This document shows positions 61,701 through 64,000 of a stretch of DNA of 64,000 nucleotides, piece after piece. The DNA comes from Candidatus Cloacimonadales bacterium (GTDB taxonomy: Bacteria; Cloacimonadota; Cloacimonadia; Cloacimonadales; JAFGVF01): the NCBI GenBank assembly GCA_963662585.1, contig OY759729.1, forward strand, positions 2,656,001-2,720,000, given 5' to 3'. A model generated the notes under the pieces. That model was given only the letters and a program-made list of their open reading frames with translations, had not been told where the DNA came from and ran no database searches. The translations under genes were made by a program, and so were the position numbers. How positions within the stretch are numbered: the first letter of the stretch is position 1; each line of letters begins with the position of its first letter.

Positions 61701-63343
61701 CTCCAGAACCTAATAAATTTGCTGTAATATTTTCAGATACAACTGCGCGTGTTAAAGCCCTCAAAGATTTAGAAAAAGAAAAAGAACTTGCTCAAGCAGC
61801 TACTAAGGCAAAATCAGAATTTTTAGCCAATATGAGCCACGAAATTAGAACTCCACTTAATGGAGTAATCGGTTTTACTGATTTATTGTTAAGCACTGAT
61901 TTGACTGAAGGTCAAAAACAATTTGCTGTAAATGCTAATGTTTCAGGAAAAGCACTTTTAGGAATTATTAGTGATATTTTGGATTTCTCCAAGATTGAAG
62001 CGGGGAAAATGGAACTTGATATTGTTAATTCTTCCATAACTGAGATTATGGAGCAAGCAGTTGATATTATCAAATTCTCAGCATGCAAAAAAGGACTAGA
62101 TGTTATTTTAAATCTTCCTGTTAATTTCCCTGAAAGAGCTATGGTTGATCCACTTAGATTAAAGCAAATACTTCTCAATTTACTAAATAATGCTGTTAAA
62201 TTCACCAAAGAAGGCGAAATAGAGCTTAGTGCTAAATTCATTTCTCATAATCAGAATTCTGGCAAGTTTATTTTTAGCGTAAAAGATACAGGTATTGGAA
62301 TTTCTGAAGAGGCATCTAAAAGACTGTTTAAAGCCTTTTCACAGGCTGATGGTTCAATTACTCGTAAATATGGAGGTACTGGACTTGGCTTGGTAATCTC
62401 TAATTATCTAGCTGCTAAAATGGGTTCTCACATTGATTTTATCAGTGAAGAAGCTAATGGAAGTGAATTCTATTTTGCTATTGATACTGAATATGTGGAA
62501 AAATCAACAAGCAGAAAAGATATTTTTAAGAATAATAGAGTATTACTGGCAGATCAAAATGTACACTTCATGGAAACCGTTAAAATGAGATTAGAATATT
62601 GGGGAATAGAAGTTTCTCAGGCTACAAAGTTTGAAGAAATTGCAAAAGCTATATCACAAAAGAACTATAGAGCCTTAATAGTGGATGAAAGACTTATTTC
62701 TAATGATGATTATCAAGATTTAAATCAACTACTTTCTAAAAGTGAAGAGTCTAAGAACAGCTCTATTATAATAACCTATTGTCCTAATGATAATGTAGAG
62801 ATAGTTAATATATCTAAAGGGATTAATGCGAATCATATCATGACAAAACCACTTATGATAAATGATTTATTTACTACTATGAAAAGTATTTGTGATCAAA
62901 AAAAGATTACAAAGAGTAATAGTAATAAGGGAAATCATTCAATCAGGCAAATCGAATCAAATCGTCCTTATAGAATCCTAATTGCAGAAGATGTCGAGAT
63001 GAATATGGTTCTAATTAAAACATTGATAAAGAAGATTATTCCTAATGTTGAAATCAAAGAAGCAAGAAATGGTATGGAAGCGGTTCATATCTATAAGCAG
63101 GAATCGCCTGATCTTATTCTAATGGATATCCAAATGCCAGAACTTGATGGATTAGGAGCTACTAAAGCTATTAAAAAACTTGAGCAGGATAATGATGAAA
63201 TCACTCCAATTGTCGCTCTTACTGCTGGTGCTTTTTCAGATGATAAAGAGAAATGTCTCAAGGCGGGAATGGTTGACTTCTTGACCAAACCTATAAGTGT
63301 TAAAGAATTAACTATAGTCTTAGAAAAATTCCTCATGAATTAA
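58742..63343 (+). CDS. Hybrid sensor kinase: Cache-like, HAMP, multiple PAS, HisKA, HATPase, degenerate REC, REC
   Basis: Two TM helices, NEIGMMAKSFN HAMP, FLANMSHEIRTPLNG, NAVKFT, GGTGLGL, DLILMDIQMPELDG. Confidence 0.94.
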   Translation: MNRYKGHKSRKKTNKKILNKHLRKSTIMGDIFKSVLLSAFATLFVLLCTLGYYMYQRNIKYSVSMLEEETNSITVETDHYFKDIMTIMDILSYSQCLYEANESPEKRELLLEMISDIEKNKYNINSLFIGYTDSFFLTDKNIFPENYNFQESQWYKDALITHDSNYSVGKFSNLTKGDTPKFFISKSFSQDGVKRGVIGVDCILDPVYNLFGSKSLFESKTVMLVNSVDQLILSKNPTMVDEMILANHPEMFNSKKTSFKISQGRDKFLVYSHQLVHSDWFLVSKINFSEITSPILPRVLILSIALIIITIVVSKIYSIVLGRTIAKPVLEVSLALQSLAKGNRNIDPIEKYPQNEIGMMAKSFNTFLKNTEILKADINELKETKADLSYSLSLLNASLESTDDGILIINNNGYITKWNQRFLEIWGITDEEIHSRVDANLLPRVEDKIINADEFISQINKVMENPKMVSFDIVEFKNGTVIERYSYPQQVEDKIVGRVWRYRDITQIRKSELLLKDSEEKHRVMFTQTVDAYCIIDNGVFTEVNHAADKMLNSPKGWLAGKTPEEISPEYQPDGKLSRISAAEHIEMVKQKGKHSFDWIHLRYDGSQFPAEITLITIKLKEKNLILAIWKDVTEEREIAEKLKISEKNFRLFFETMEDMIFISDYQGKLKYTNRIVSEKLGYSFDELKDMTIIDLHENNDGPSLNEIMTYLIDGNGVNCPLPVKRKDGDLIGVETRTWLGKWNGEECLFGISKDISKQQEALMNFNKIFESNPALMALSSYPERRFIDVNNSFCKTLGYNKEDVLGKTTQELNLTMEMGKLDRASSKLLAEGNFTNLQLKVSKRDGRIIEGLFSGELIETNGKKFFLTVMTDITNMKKLDRKLRVSERKYRLLFENMTTGFALHEMIYDEDGKAIDYRFLDINPAFEEYTGAKAEQLIGRTVKEVFPQTEDYWIDTYGKVAKTGESINYEQYSQEFGKYFEVKAFSPEPNKFAVIFSDTTARVKALKDLEKEKELAQAATKAKSEFLANMSHEIRTPLNGVIGFTDLLLSTDLTEGQKQFAVNANVSGKALLGIISDILDFSKIEAGKMELDIVNSSITEIMEQAVDIIKFSACKKGLDVILNLPVNFPERAMVDPLRLKQILLNLLNNAVKFTKEGEIELSAKFISHNQNSGKFIFSVKDTGIGISEEASKRLFKAFSQADGSITRKYGGTGLGLVISNYLAAKMGSHIDFISEEANGSEFYFAIDTEYVEKSTSRKDIFKNNRVLLADQNVHFMETVKMRLEYWGIEVSQATKFEEIAKAISQKNYRALIVDERLISNDDYQDLNQLLSKSEESKNSSIIITYCPNDNVEIVNISKGINANHIMTKPLMINDLFTTMKSICDQKKITKSNSNKGNHSIRQIESNRPYRILIAEDVEMNMVLIKTLIKKIIPNVEIKEARNGMEAVHIYKQESPDLILMDIQMPELDGLGATKAIKKLEQDNDEITPIVALTAGAFSDDKEKCLKAGMVDFLTKPISVKELTIVLEKFLMN

Positions 63344-63512
63344 GAATGATTAAGACTCCATAAACTTCTTTGTTATTTCACTTTAACTGCTCCTTTACTG
63401 TCATGTCAAATGATGATCGAATTTTTTTTGAGATTACAGTAATGGAGCATGAAGAGTTGGTTAAGAAAGGGGGAATGAAGAGCTTTATTTCTATTAATTC
63501 TCACTTATTAAT

Positions 63513-64000
63513 CTAATTCATATTTACCAAAGGTCTAATATCTTCTCTCTTAATTACTTCTGGAGAGTATTCCCCTGAATAGAGGCACTTCCCTTTATCG
63601 AGAACTATTAAGTGTTGGCAGTGTTCTGAGAAGGATAGGAAATCATGGGTTATAACGCAAGTCGAACTGATAACTTCAGAATGAAGATTATCTATAAGTT
63701 TAACTATACCTTTAGTTGTTACAGGGTCTAAACCAGTAGTAGGCTCATCATAGATAAGATACTCTGGTTCCATACTAATAGCTCTGGCTAAAGCAACTCT
63801 TCTTTTCATACCACCTGACAATTCAGCAGGATATTTACTCCCGATATCCGGGAGATTAACCTTTTCTAAGAGATTTGAGACTTTAGCCTCGATATCTTTT
63901 TCTTTAAGCTTGGAGTGCTCAAATAGGGGGAAGGCAATATTCTGATAAACATCCATTGAATCAAAGAGAGCTCCAGATTGAAAAAGCATGCCTACTCTTT
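63513..64000 (-). CDS. ABC transporter ATPase, MlaF-like (5' end off the window)
   Basis: GMLFQSGALFDSMDVYQNIAFPL, ELSGGMKRRVALARA, YDEPTTGLDP, ITHD. Confidence 0.9.
   Translation of the reverse strand, partial: RVGMLFQSGALFDSMDVYQNIAFPLFEHSKLKEKDIEAKVSNLLEKVNLPDIGSKYPAELSGGMKRRVALARAISMEPEYLIYDEPTTGLDPVTTKGIVKLIDNLHSEVISSTCVITHDFLSFSEHCQHLIVLDKGKCLYSGEYSPEVIKREDIRPLVNMN

Noticed and set aside
15336..63336. Many 60-130 aa ORFs nested in or antisense to well-supported genes
   Set aside because: Expected shadow frames of codon-biased genes; none has independent support

Overview
AT-rich bacterial chromosomal window. The gene content (several secreted proteins ending in an NYPNPFNP...FlgD-Ig C-terminal domain, a C25 gingipain-like protein, TPR-input regulators, outer-membrane barrels) suggests an FCB-group diderm, probably Cloacimonadota; this is inference only. 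The housekeeping backbone is uvrB, pdp, rpmF-plsX-fabHDG-acpP-fabF-rnc-radical SAM-envelope genes-ispG-bamA-like, nth, a cold-shock gene, ygiQ, envC-like, a tsaC/LMW-PTP fusion, purL, patatin-barrel, dipeptidase, tag, tRNA-Arg(CCG), a hybrid kinase and an MlaF-like ATPase. Accessory elements are a complete class IIC group II intron behind a terminator, a possible decayed 5' end of the same intron behind another terminator, and six intergenic clusters of REP-like palindromes with no transposase in the window. The most notable candidate systems are: (1) promoter, RBS, a leader ORF carrying a (TACTC)17 tract and a hairpin upstream of two secreted proteins with near-identical C-termini, a candidate phase-variable leader switch; (2) a TPR-input sigma54 activator divergent from a predicted -24/-12 promoter with palindromic enhancer sites, driving a 66-aa ORF and a LamG secreted protein; (3) multi-family palindrome mosaics at gene 3' ends; (4) a C25 protein lacking the canonical catalytic His. 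All calls come from reading the sequence; no database search was run.
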